Source: Octopus sinensis
Lineage: Eukaryota
DNA: 64,000 nt
Assembly (NCBI RefSeq): GCF_006345805.1
Contig: NC_043012.1
Location: 11,718,001 to 11,782,000, forward strand
Direction of reading: 5' to 3'
The notes under the pieces are model-generated. The model saw nothing but the letters and a program-made list of their open reading frames with translations, searched no databases and was not told where the DNA came from. Made by a program: the position numbers and the translations under genes. Positions 52,433 through 64,000 of this stretch are shown here, one piece after another (position 1 is the first letter of the stretch; each line of letters starts with the position of its first letter).

Positions 52433-53484
52433 CAGATTATATTTTTTTGATTGATGTCAGTGGATTAGCTTGGCAGAAACGTTTAGGTCTGGCAGTATTT
52501 AGTGACATTTTGTTTGTGTTCCGAGTTCAAATCGCATTGAGGTCAACTGTGTCTTTAATCCTTTCGAGATTAATAAAATAAAGTATCAGTTAGATGCTGG
52601 GGTCAATGTCATCGGCTTGGCCTCTCCCCTCAAAATTTCTGGCTTTGTGCCAAAATTAGTAAGAATATTATTATTGTTTTTTTTTGTTTTTTTTACTGTG
52701 CCAAGATGTCCCTTTTTACAGTTTAACAATGGATTAACCAATGTAGAGGGATTTTTTTTTCCAAACTATTTGATTTGTTTTTTTTTACTGCTTTAATTCA
52801 TTTGTATTTAACTCAAGAAAGGTGAGAGCTGAGGAGTTTGCTTTGATTTTCAGACCTGCTAAGCTCGCGTGAAAGAAAGACATTTTAAAATGCTTCTTGT
52901 ATTAAGCTGACTGACAAATATCGGGGTGTTTTCCTTACTGACACAAAATAATAATAAAAAATGAGAAAAAGCATGTGAACCAAGACATTCTCAAAGAAAA
53001 TTTCTTGGTTGAAAAAGTATTTCCAGTCATTTTAGTCTAAATGTTGGTCAAATTAGGGAAATTAAAATTCCCTTAACATCAATAACAACAGCAGCCATAA
53101 AAATGCATATCTACAATTGTGTCTGGCAAATTAAAGGAAACAGCAAGCAAGCTAAAGAGGCAAAGATATCTACCTGGTAAAGTTTTGTAGTGAAAACACA
53201 TATCTACCAGACATTGTTGTTCTTGAAAGAGGAAAAGAAAATTCCTCTGAAAAAGTGTTTCTAGTGAATTTATTGGAAATTTTCCATTACTAAAAAAATT
53301 AAACCAGATAAGTTTCAATGGTACACAAACAATATCATATAACCAGAGTATTTTACTGTTGATCTTTACAAAAGGTATTGGTTTTATTTATTTTTATATC
53401 TAGCTTCATATTGATTATTACTTTGAGAGAAAATGAAAACAGTGATCTGTTTAGCAAAATCAACCATTCCAGCTTCTTTATATG

Positions 53485-53714
53485 TTGACCCATTAGCATT
53501 CAGATTATTCTGACAAAAATGAAATGCTTATTTATTTACACTGTTTTGAATTAATCATACATTCTCATATAGCTTCGACATTTTGAATATGTGATTGTAT
53601 ATTTTTAACATGACATTGTAGGGTAGGTGTGATAGGCTGAATATGGCCAGTCTGCACATAGAAAAGGTAGAATATTTTGGCTGGATATGACTGGTTTAAA
53701 TGCTAAATGGTTAA
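53485..53714. mobile_element. piggyBac-like MITE (an inverted second copy lies at about 54995-55216)
   Basis: ttga|cccattagcatt...aatgctaaatgg|ttaa; the second copy ends ggg|ttaa. Confidence 0.55.
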
Positions 53715-55584
53715 ACATCCTCTATTTCAGTAAACATTATATGCAACTGATACAATCTCAGATCAAGATGCCATACTTACCAAATAGTCAAGCATTTTTT
53801 CATGAAAACTCAGTAAGAATCTTGTGTTTAAACATTGTTCTTCTGTATAATATCCTTGGCTGGCTTCTATGTTGGTGGCTCCTCCACTTGTATTATTTGA
53901 TACTGAAATAAAATATTACCACATTAATTGTTCCATCCAAATAAAAAAAATTCAAGATCTTAATTTTGCATTTGGAAACCTTTTATTACAATTTGTTCCG
54001 TTTAACATCTCTTAGTTTTTTGATTAATTAAACAGGATTGTCCTGAAAATGTAAAAGAACAAAAAAAAGTGGCACTTTGAGCAAGTGTTTTTCTTCTACT
54101 ATAACCCCGAGTCAACTAAAGCCTTATAAACGGATTTGGTAGATGGAAAACTGAAAGAAACCCATCGTATATATATCTATGTGTGTGAGTCTGCATTTGT
54201 CCACCCCTCACCATTACCACTTGACAACTGGTGTTTGTGTGTTTATGTCACCATAACTTAGTGGTTCAGCAAAAGAGACTGATAGAATAAGTGCCAGGCT
54301 TAAAAAATAAGTACTGAGGTTGATTTATCCAACTAAAAGTTCGAGGTGATGCCCCAGCATGGCCACAATCCAATGACTGAAATAGGTAAAAGATAAAAGT
54401 ATTATGTAGTTGTTCATTTATTGAATGATCAGAACAATATTGCTGATGTGGTCACCAGCAAATATAAAGAGAATTAAAGAACACGGAACAGTACATAGGT
54501 ACTTCAGCTGGAAAAAATCTTAAGATCATGGGACCATACCACATTGTGAACTGGTCACTCTATTCCAGCTTGTTCTAGAGTCAATATTCATTTCATTATG
54601 TAAGGCAGAAACGTTAGTATGCCGGGTGAAACGCTTAGTGGTATTTTGTCTGTCTTTATGTTCTGAGTTCAAATTCCGCTGAGGTTGACCTTGCCTTTCT
54701 TCCTTTCAGGGTCAATAAAATAAGTACCAGTTAAACACTGGGGCCAATGTTGTCCCCACCCCCAAAATTTCAGGCCTTGTACCTATAGTAAAAAAAAAAA
54801 TCCGCCAAGGTCAACTTTGCCATTCTTCTTTTCAAGGTCGATAAATTAAGTACCAGTTGTGTACTGGGGTTGATCGAATCGACTGGCACCTTCCCCAAAG
54901 ATTTCAGGCCTTGTGCCTAGAGTAGTAAAGAATATTCATTTCATTATGTACATATACATAAGTTGGTTTTAAATAAGTTCTTCTATTATAAACATTAATC
55001 CATAAGTATTTAAACTGGTCATATGAGGCTGAAATATTTACCTCTTTTATACTTAGACTGGCCAGATCCAGCCTCTCACACTTATCCTATAATGTCATTC
55101 TTAAAATAAACAATCACATCATCGAAATATGGAAGCTACAAGATAACAGATGATAAATTCAAAGTAAATAAACAAGCATTACATTCAGCAGAATAATCTG
55201 AATAAAAAAAGGGTTAAAGATGACTTAAAGTATTTTGATTTTCTTATTAATTAGGGCTTCTGCTAATAATCATGACTACCATGGGTTCAATTCCTAGACT
55301 TGACTGGATTAACGAGGGGAGGCTGATAGCTCATGAAAGATGACTTTTTTTTTGTAAACACAAATTGAAAGTCAAGTTTCTTTTGTGTATGTAAATGGCA
55401 AACACTCATGTTATATTTGCAGAGGTGATGGTTTGGTCAGTCATAATGTGAATCGTAATTATTTAATAAGATTTGCAAAAGCAAAATCACCAACATATTG
55501 GTGGTTCCCCAGCATGGCCACAGCCTCAAGGCTGAAACATATAAAGGAGTAATAAAACCAGAGTGTAGACAATAAATATAATTA

Positions 55585-55930
55585 CTGAATGGAGGGAACC
55601 TGTGGAAGAGGTAGACCCAGGAAGACATGGGAGGAAGTGGTGAAGCATGATCTTCAGTTGTTGAGTCTCATAGAGGTTAATGACAAGTGATTGAGACCTT
55701 TGGTGATTTGCTGTCCTTGAGAAGACGTGTCAAGCCAAGTGAAATCATAGTCAAGGCCAGTGCTGGTGACACGTAAAAGGCACCCACTATACCCTTGGAA
55801 TGGTTGGTGTTAGGAAGGGCATCCATCTATGGAAACCAAGCCAAACCAGACTGGAGCCTGGGACAGCTCTCTGACTTACTTGTCCCAGTCAAACCATCTA
55901 ACCCATGCCAGCATGGAAAACGGACACTGA

Positions 55931-55935
<5 letters not shown>
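55585..55935 (+). mobile_element. RTE LINE 3' end and tail running into (GAT)n
   Basis: GTCGRGRPRKTWEEVVKHDL followed by ttaggaagggcatcc...catgccagcatggaaaacggac. An antisense tail copy lies at about 36778-36950. Confidence 0.75.
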
Positions 55936-55995
<60 letters not shown>

Positions 55996-56036
55996 GGTGA
56001 TGGTGATGGTGATGGTGGTGGTGGTGATGGTGATGG

Positions 56037-56080
<44 letters not shown>

Positions 56081-56096
56081 GTGATGGTGGTGATGG

Positions 56097-56130
<34 letters not shown>

Positions 56131-56190
56131 AATGATAGTGTTGGTGGTGTTGGTGGTAGTGGTGGCGGTGGTGATGGTGGTGGTGATGAT
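55931..56190. repeat. (GAT/GGT)n microsatellite; representative of dozens of simple repeats
   Basis: Directly visible. Others include (CCA)n 1157-1243, (CATA)n 4349-4600, (AAT)n 6613-6725, (GATA)n 33165-33420, (TTTC)n 33760-33905 and (TA)n 61322-61484. Confidence 0.98.
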
Positions 56191-56708
56191 GTCTGTTCTA
56201 ATAATGGTTTTGCATTGTTTATAAACCTTTGCCTCCACATTGATTGCATACTGTTAAATAAATTTCTGTTTAAAATAAAGTGAATAAAAGAAATGATCAG
56301 TTATACTTATTCTATTAGTTACTTCCTTTTTCAAATCATTAGTTTTCACCTTCTTAATGTCTGAAGACGTTACTGGGGCTCAAGAATACCTGTAACTTAA
56401 GCATTGCTGAGGTATGAACAGGTATAACTGACCATGAACAGAGTTTCTCTATTCATGCAATGACCATCTTAACTAAAGAACAAATACATTTTCTGCAATT
56501 CCATAGTGAAATTACCATTAAATGGAGTGGCTGTGTGGTAAGCAGGCGTAGGAGTGGCTGTGTGGTAAGTAGCTTGCTTACGAACCACATGGTTCCGGGT
56601 TCAGTCCCACACTGCGTGGCACCTTGGGCAAGTGTCTTCTACTATAGCCTCGGGCCCACCAAACCCTTGTGAGTGGATTTGATAGACGGAAACTGAAAGA
56701 AGCCCGTC

Positions 56709-56750
<42 letters not shown>

Positions 56751-57059
56751 TATATATATTATATATATATATATATATATGTGTATGTGTGTGTGTGTGT
56801 GTGTATATACGTTTGTGTATCTGTGCTTGGCCCTCCCCCCACCATCGCTTGACAACCGACGCTGGTGTGTTTACGTCCCCATCACTTAGCGGTTCAGCAA
56901 AAGAAACCGATAGAATAAGTACTAGGCTTACAAAGAATAAGTCCTGGGGGTCGATTTGCTCGACTAAAGGTGGTGCTCCAGCATGGCCACAGTCAAAATG
57001 ACTGAAACAAGTAAAAGAAAGCCATTCAAGAGCTGTGACTTCAAATTCAGAAACAATGG

Positions 57060-57100
<41 letters not shown>

Positions 57101-57460
57101 GGGGTTATTTAACCTATGAGATAAGACATGAATACATATTTGTTTAAGGTATTGAATAACAATCTACCTAAATACAGACAATATTGACTCCATCAGGTTG
57201 CTATATGACACCAAACTGTCATTTGATAAATCATTTTAAGTTAGCCAAATGTCCACAGTTTTTGATGTAAGCAATATTTTATTCTCAGATTTAGTGAATG
57301 AATTATTGCATGGGGACAACAAACAAATTCATCATTTATAACTCAGCACTTTCACATGTGTCTACAAATTTCTTATACATCACCATGCATATATGACTGA
57401 AAGAAATTTCTCTCTCTCTCTGCCCCTCTTCCCCTCTCTCCCTCTTCCTCACTGTCTATA

Positions 57461-57520
<60 letters not shown>

Positions 57521-59178
57521 GATGCTGGTGTGTTTACGTCCCCATAACTTAGCGGTTCGACAAAAGAGATCGATAGAATAAGTACTAGGCTTACAAAGAG
57601 TAAATCTTGGGGTCGATTTGCTCGACTAAAGGCGGTGCTCCAGCATGGCCTCAGTCAAATGACTGAAACAAGTAAAAGAGTAAAAGAGTAAAAAAGAGTA
57701 AAATCGTTTTGATATTTTCCAAATTTCCAATATTTCCCGAGATATGTGTGTGTGTGTGTATTTGTGCGTCTGTGTTTGTCCCCCCAACATCGCTTGACAA
57801 CCGATGCTGGTTCGTTTCTGTCCCTGTAACTTAGCGGTTCGGCAAAAGAGAGAATGATAGAATAAGTACTAGGCTTACAAAGAATAAGTCCTGGGGTCGA
57901 TTTGCTCGACTAAAGGCGGTGCTCCAGCATGGCCACAGTCAAACGACTGAAACAAGTAAAAAAAAAAAAAAGAAGTAAAACAAAGGACAGAATGCTCTGC
58001 GCTATTTAGTAACGCCCATTCGTGTTGTGAGTTCAAATCCCACCAAGGTCGGCTTTGCTCTCTTACTCCGTGGGCCTATAAATTCTAATACCGACCAAGG
58101 ACGATCATTGATAAAACAGACTCCCTTCGATATTCCGGCCTTGAGCGTTCCTAAGAAATCCTTATTATTTAGTTATGACTGACTGAGAGAAAATGTTGTG
58201 CAGCAGACGAAATGTGTTGTGGGATAAAAAAACTTTGTTCCACCAGGTCCTGGGTTCAAATCTTGCTGGAGTCGATAAAATGACATCGGTTGTGTGCTGC
58301 ATTAAATATAAAAACCTGTGCATTGAACCTTAACATTAATATGCAATTCGTAGAAAGTTGCGTAATATAAAGACAGATAGAAGGCGGCGAGCTGGCAGAG
58401 TGGTTAGCACGCTGGGCGAAATGCTTAGCGGTATTTCGTCTGTCGTTATGTTCTGAGTTCAAATTCCGCCGAGGTCGACTTTGCCTTTCATCCTTTCGGG
58501 GTCGATTAGATAAGTACCAGTTGTGTACTGGGTTCGATGTAATCGACTTAATCCCTTTGTCTGTCCTTGTTTGTCCCCTCTGTGTTTAGCCCCTTGTGGA
58601 TAATAAAGAAATATATGAAGACAGGTAGTAAATAAACAATTGTTTGAACGATGTACTGGAGATATCAAAGGAGTTTAAAAGAAAAACAAGGGATACAGAG
58701 AAAAAGAAATTAAAATAGAGGATGGGCGGTTAATTGGTAAATAGAATAATAAAAGCTACTTCCGCGTAATTTTAATGTATTCTGTTAATTACGTTTTGGT
58801 ATTATGGAAGCCCGATGTTTCAAGGGAGATTAAAATGTATTTTATCTTTATTTAAGGCTAGCCAAAGTTGTCTCCCTTACATCTGTAACTGTAGGTTATG
58901 GCTTTTCAGATTTTATTTCGGAGAAGGCTGTATATGTCTGTGCATAGTTGTCGCACCTTCGCTACGCGCTAGTTATGAACTTATGAACAAAGTTATTCCA
59001 TTTATGACCATCCCGGTTAGTTTTTATAAGTTTTCAGGCTTCAATGATCTACGGTTATATTATACACTTTGTCCGTCACCTTTTTTAAGTGGTCGGGTGT
59101 GACTTCAGTGAGTTAATGACTGCTTATCCTATAGAGGCGCCGTTATTGTCTGTAAATATGAGTGTGTGTGTGTATGTC

Positions 59179-59236
<58 letters not shown>

Positions 59237-59490
59237 TGTGTGGTGGGGCGCGTGCGAAGTCATAAATACATTAATATGATGTATCTACTCTTGAGGTACT
59301 CATATTAATATTCTTGAAATTGAATTAGATCCCTGTTCATGGTAACTGATATTGAAAATCATTTTAGTTTCATCATCATCATTATCCTCATCATCATCAT
59401 CATCATCTTCATCATCATCACCACCATCATCATCACCATCATCATCATCGTCCCCAGCGCGCTGGCAGGCGTATGCACACACACACGCAC

Positions 59491-59534
<44 letters not shown>

Positions 59535-59892
59535 AGGCGCAATGGCCCAGTGGTCAGGGCAGCAGACCTGTGCATATATACATGTATATATATACATATA
59601 TGCACATGCATATATCCATGTTTGTATATATATGCGTATATATATATATATATATAGGCATGTATATATGTGTGTGTGTGTGTGTGTTTGTGTGTCTGTG
59701 ATTGTACCCACACCATTACTTAACTACCGATGTTGCTGTGTTTACATCCCATAACTTAGCCGTTTGCAAAACACGCCGGCAGAATAATTACTACGCTTAG
59801 AAAGAATAAATCCTGTTGTTAGTTTCTTCGACTAATGGTGGTGCTCCAGCATGGCCGCAGTCACATGACTGAAGCAAGTAAAACAATAAAAA

Positions 59893-59937
59893 AACTACGC
59901 CATTTTAATCCCGAGCAACGCCGGGTATCTCTGCTAG
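59893..59937 (+). mobile_element. Helitron 3' end fragment
   Basis: Hairpin cccgagcaacgccggg followed by CTAG|T. Confidence 0.65.
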
Positions 59938-60846
59938 TATATATATATATATATATATACACATACATACAAACATGTGTGTGTGTGTATGTTCTTATGT
60001 TTGTGCCTTTATCTTGACATCACATGATAGTTGCAAACGAGCATCATCACACAAGCAAGGCTCTTCATTTCCAGTCTTTCACGAAAACCTATGTCTGACC
60101 ACGGGGAAAATATTGTTTTGCTGGGAAACAGGTGACTGCGGCCATGCTGGAGCACCTCCTTTTGGAGTTTCAGTCGAACAAATCGCCTCCAGGACTTATC
60201 CTTTGTAAGAAAGGCATCCAGCTGCAGAAAATCAGCCTTAAAAGAATTGTCTGACCCATACAAGCGTTGAAAAGTAGGCACTGTATGATGAAGATGATGA
60301 TGATGACAATGATGATGATAAAAGCTAGTTCTCAAGAGCCTAGTTTCATTTCATTATTACCATATTAAGGTGGCGAGCGGCAGCATCGTTAGCAGGTCGG
60401 GTGAAATGCTTAGCGGCATTTCGTCTATCGCTACGTTCTGAGTTCAAATTCCACCGAGGTCGACTTTACCTTTCATTCTTTCAGGGTCGATAAATTAAGT
60501 AGCAGTTGAGTACTGGGGTCGATGTAATCGATTCATCCCCGCCCTCAAAATTGCTACCTTTGAGGCAAAATTTAAACCATTATTATATTTTTGTCTTTTG
60601 CTTTTTTTCAGTTATTTGACTGCGGCCATGCTAGAGTGCCTTCTCAGGGGGTTTCAGTCGAGCAAATCGCCCCCCAGGACTTATTCTTTGTAAGCCTAGT
60701 TCTGATTCTATCGGGCTCTTTTGTCGAACCGCTGTGTTACGGGGACATAAAAACACTAACTTCAGTTGTCAAGCGATGGTGGGGGAGGGGGCAAACGGAC
60801 ACAGGCAACAAATATACATACATATATACAAATATATATATATCTA

Positions 60847-60904
<58 letters not shown>

Positions 60905-60913
60905 CCTATCTAC

Positions 60914-60966
<53 letters not shown>

Positions 60967-61350
60967 ATCTATCTATATACATATATATATATATCACCGT
61001 GATCACCGTGAGCGACCAGACTATCAGATGTTGCTACACATCGCTGGTCACAATGCGCTTCGCATTGTTTTAGCCTTCAAATGACGCAACCACGCTTGCT
61101 AAGCGAGCAGGCCAACAGAAGAAAAGGTGAGAGAAAGTTGTGGCTAAAGAGTACAGCAGGGATCGGTACCACCCCTTGCCGGAGCCTCGTGGAGCTTTTG
61201 GTGTTTTTGCTCAATAAAAACTCACAACGCCTGGTCTGGTAATCGAAACCGCGATCCTACGACCGTGATTCCGCTACTCTAACCACTGGGCCATTGGTTA
61301 ATAATACAGATATAATAATACATATATATGTGTACATATATATATATATA

Positions 61351-61424
<74 letters not shown>

Positions 61425-61436
61425 ATATCTATATAT

Positions 61437-61489
<53 letters not shown>

Positions 61490-61549
61490 TAATGCAATAC
61501 GAGATTATTGCTTTCCAGTAAAGAGTAGCCCGTGAGGAAAATTATACAT

Positions 61550-62139
61550 AGAAGTAAATATATGGTACAACGAAGTACCGATATTTACTGGAAAATAGCG
61601 AACGTAATAAATACGACGCTAATGTATAGCTTCACCGCGTATGTCCTAGCAAAAATGCGTGTGTGCAACAAACTTGAAAAAAATTGTCTTACCTCCAGGG
61701 AGAACATCTGAAAGATGAAATACCTAGAAAGGGATAATGTGGTACCGGTTTCAGATTTTTCAAGATATGTCTTCACACATATACTTGATTTATCTTCATC
61801 AGCCAACATATACCTCGACAACATTTCAAATGTTGCCGCATCAATGCCAATACACTCGACTGAAACGCCAAAACGCTGACATAACGAGAACAGTGAAGAA
61901 GTTTCAATAAAAATAGTAATGCAGACATATCTTGAAAAATCTGAAACCGGTACCACATTATCCCTTTCTAGGTATTTCATCTTTCAGATGTTCTCCCTGG
62001 AGGTAAGACAATTTTTTTCAAGTTTGTTGCACACACGCATTTTTGCTAGGACATACGCGGTGAAGCCATACATTAGCGTCGTATTTATTACGTTCGCTAT
62101 TTTCCAGTAAATATCGGTACTTCGTTGTACCATATATTT

Positions 62140-62145
<6 letters not shown>
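61550..62145. repeat. Inverted repeat (223-bp arms, 150-bp spacer), Penelope-type inverted pLTR
   Basis: 61550-61772 versus 61923-62145, with one mismatch seen. Overlaps the hammerhead motif. Confidence 0.95.
61737..61809 (-). ncRNA. Type I hammerhead ribozyme motif, intact core, long stem II
   Basis: The minus strand reads atgttgg-CTGATGA-agat aaa tcaag t atatgt gtgaag acatat cttga aaa atct-GAAAC-CG-GTA-ccacat. Confidence 0.8.
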
Positions 62146-62225
<80 letters not shown>

Positions 62226-62227
<2 letters not shown>

Positions 62228-62410
62228 CGGGAAGCTTTATGAAAATAGACAAAAGACGAAGGCAGGTTTACGGAAATAAACAAAAGACGAAGGCAGGTGG
62301 AATACAAACAAACAATTGTATTAGTATGGCGCTCAGGAATATAAATAAAATAAGTCAAGTCTTTAACGTTTCGAGCCTACGCTCTTCAACAGAAAGATAC
62401 ACAGAAAAGA
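62226..62410 (-). mobile_element. Penelope-like pLTR remnant carrying a minimal hammerhead (62359-62398)
   Basis: The minus strand reads tcttt-CTGTTGA-agagc gtag gctc-GAAACGTT-aaaga, between (TA)n tracts. Second copy of the 35.5 kb element. Confidence 0.65.
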
Positions 62411-62426
62411 AATATATATATATATT

Positions 62427-62466
<40 letters not shown>

Positions 62467-62671
62467 ATGGAGTAAGTACCAAACTTTAAAAAAGAAAGTC
62501 CTGGGGTCGATTCATTCGACTAAAACCCTTCAAAGCTGAGCTCCAGCGTGGCCACGGTCAAATTACTGAAACAAGCAAAAGATCAAAGGTAAAGCATTTA
62601 GCCCGATTCTGACTGCTTGTTTTGCCCTATTTGTCGTACAGCTGATATTAAAAGAACAATAATTATCGTTT

Positions 62672-63025
62672 TTATTACTTCGGCCTTAGCGAAGGCAGAG
62701 GTATTGTTTTCAGTCGTGTTTGTTTGCTTGTTTGTCCGTGGACAAGATATCACAAGAACTGCCGGATGGATTCGGATGAAACTTTCAGGGATGTTTGGCC
62801 TCGTGACGGATCGATCCGTTTACGGACACGGATTCTGGATTATTTTTCCTGTTTTTCTATTTAATTTTTAAGCGCGACCGGGTTCTGTTTTAGTATTCTC
62901 GTTTGTGAGAGCAGTCGAGTTTATATCAGATATTCTCATTTAAAAAATAATTTCTGGCTAATTGTTGAGAGGACGTTGGTGTTGACTTGGCGGGGCTTTG
63001 CGCTCTTTGAGTACTCTTGTTAGTT
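62672..63025 (+). mobile_element. Helentron/HINE-like non-autonomous element
   Basis: 5' ttattacttcggcc...ggcagaggt short inverted repeat, gtttg microsatellite, and a 3' ggcggggct...gcgctctttgagtac hairpin, in a TT context. Confidence 0.5.
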
Positions 63026-63479
63026 ATTGTTATTCATTGAGGCAGCGAGCTGGCAGAATTGTTAGCACGCTGGACGAAATGTTTAGCGGCATTTCGCCCG
63101 TCGCTACCTTTTGAGCTCAAATTGTGCCGAGGTCGACTTTACCTTTCATCCTTTCGGGGTCGATAAATAAAGTACCAGTTGAATACTGGTGACGAGGTGA
63201 TCGACTTTCACCCTCCCCCAAATTTCAGGCCTTGTGCCTATAATAGAAAATATTATTTAATGTTATTGTTATTTATCACAAGGTTAATTAAAAGTACAGG
63301 GGCGCAGGAGTGGCTGTGTGGTAAGTAGCTTGCTAACCAACCACATGGTTTCAGGTTCAGTCCCACTGCATGGCACTTTGGGCAAGAGTCTTCTGCTATA
63401 GCCTCGGAAAGACCAAAGCTTTCTGAGTGGATTTGGTAGACGGAAACTGAAAAAAGTCCGTCGTATATATATATATTAT

Positions 63480-63571
<92 letters not shown>

Positions 63572-64000
63572 TATGTATGTGTGTGTATATGTTTATGTGT
63601 GTGTATGTGTCCCAACATCTCTTGACATCGATGCTGGTGTGTTTACGTCCGTGTGACCTACCGGTTCGGCAAAAGAGACCGATACAATAAGTACCAGGCT
63701 TACAAAGAATAAGTCCTGGGGTCGATTTGCTCGACTAAAGGCAGTACTCCAGCATGGCCGCAGTCAAAATGACTGAAACGAATAAAAGAATAAAAGAAAG
63801 AAAACGAATAAAGAACAACAAATAATTGCATGATTAACATTACACACAACCAATATTGCAGGCTACTAACGATTGCATTAATATTATAGACTCCTAATCA
63901 GTATATGGTTAATGTTAGAGACTACTAACTGTTGTATTATTAATGCTAATTATTATATGGTTAATATTACAGATGTTGAATATTTGAAATGGTTATGGCT

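Noticed and set aside
59533-59570. tRNA gene-like sequence (also the SINE heads)
   Set aside because: Only A/B-box-containing SINE heads; no complete cloverleaf.

Overview
Eukaryotic, AT-rich and repeat-saturated genomic DNA, most likely from an Octopus species; this is inferred from recognising the dominant tRNA-derived SINEs and the dense microsatellites. One protein-coding gene can be reconstructed by hand, although the ORF track misses most of it. It is a 7-coding-exon, + strand CHST15/GalNAc4S-6ST-like Golgi sulfotransferase (34004-52432, 1239 nt, 412 aa). All introns are GT-AG, the phases are consistent and both PAPS-binding motifs are present. The rest is transposon debris: three SINE families, LINE fragments (RTE, R4/Dong, L1/Tx1, CR1, CRE-like), Merlin-like, hAT, mariner/Tc1, Chapaev3 and piggyBac-like elements, Helitrons, and a 100-N gap. 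The most interesting unannotated signal is a set of about ten type-I hammerhead ribozyme (HHR) motifs of the Penelope-like-element kind, two of them with intact cores. Three of these loci sit inside fold-back inverted duplications, and two of those have copied neighbouring DNA. Also notable are two SINE-LINE shared 3' tails, one with a covarying stem-loop, and SINE multimers that always re-enter at the same internal site. No tools were used, so family names are pattern recognition and repeat boundaries are approximate.
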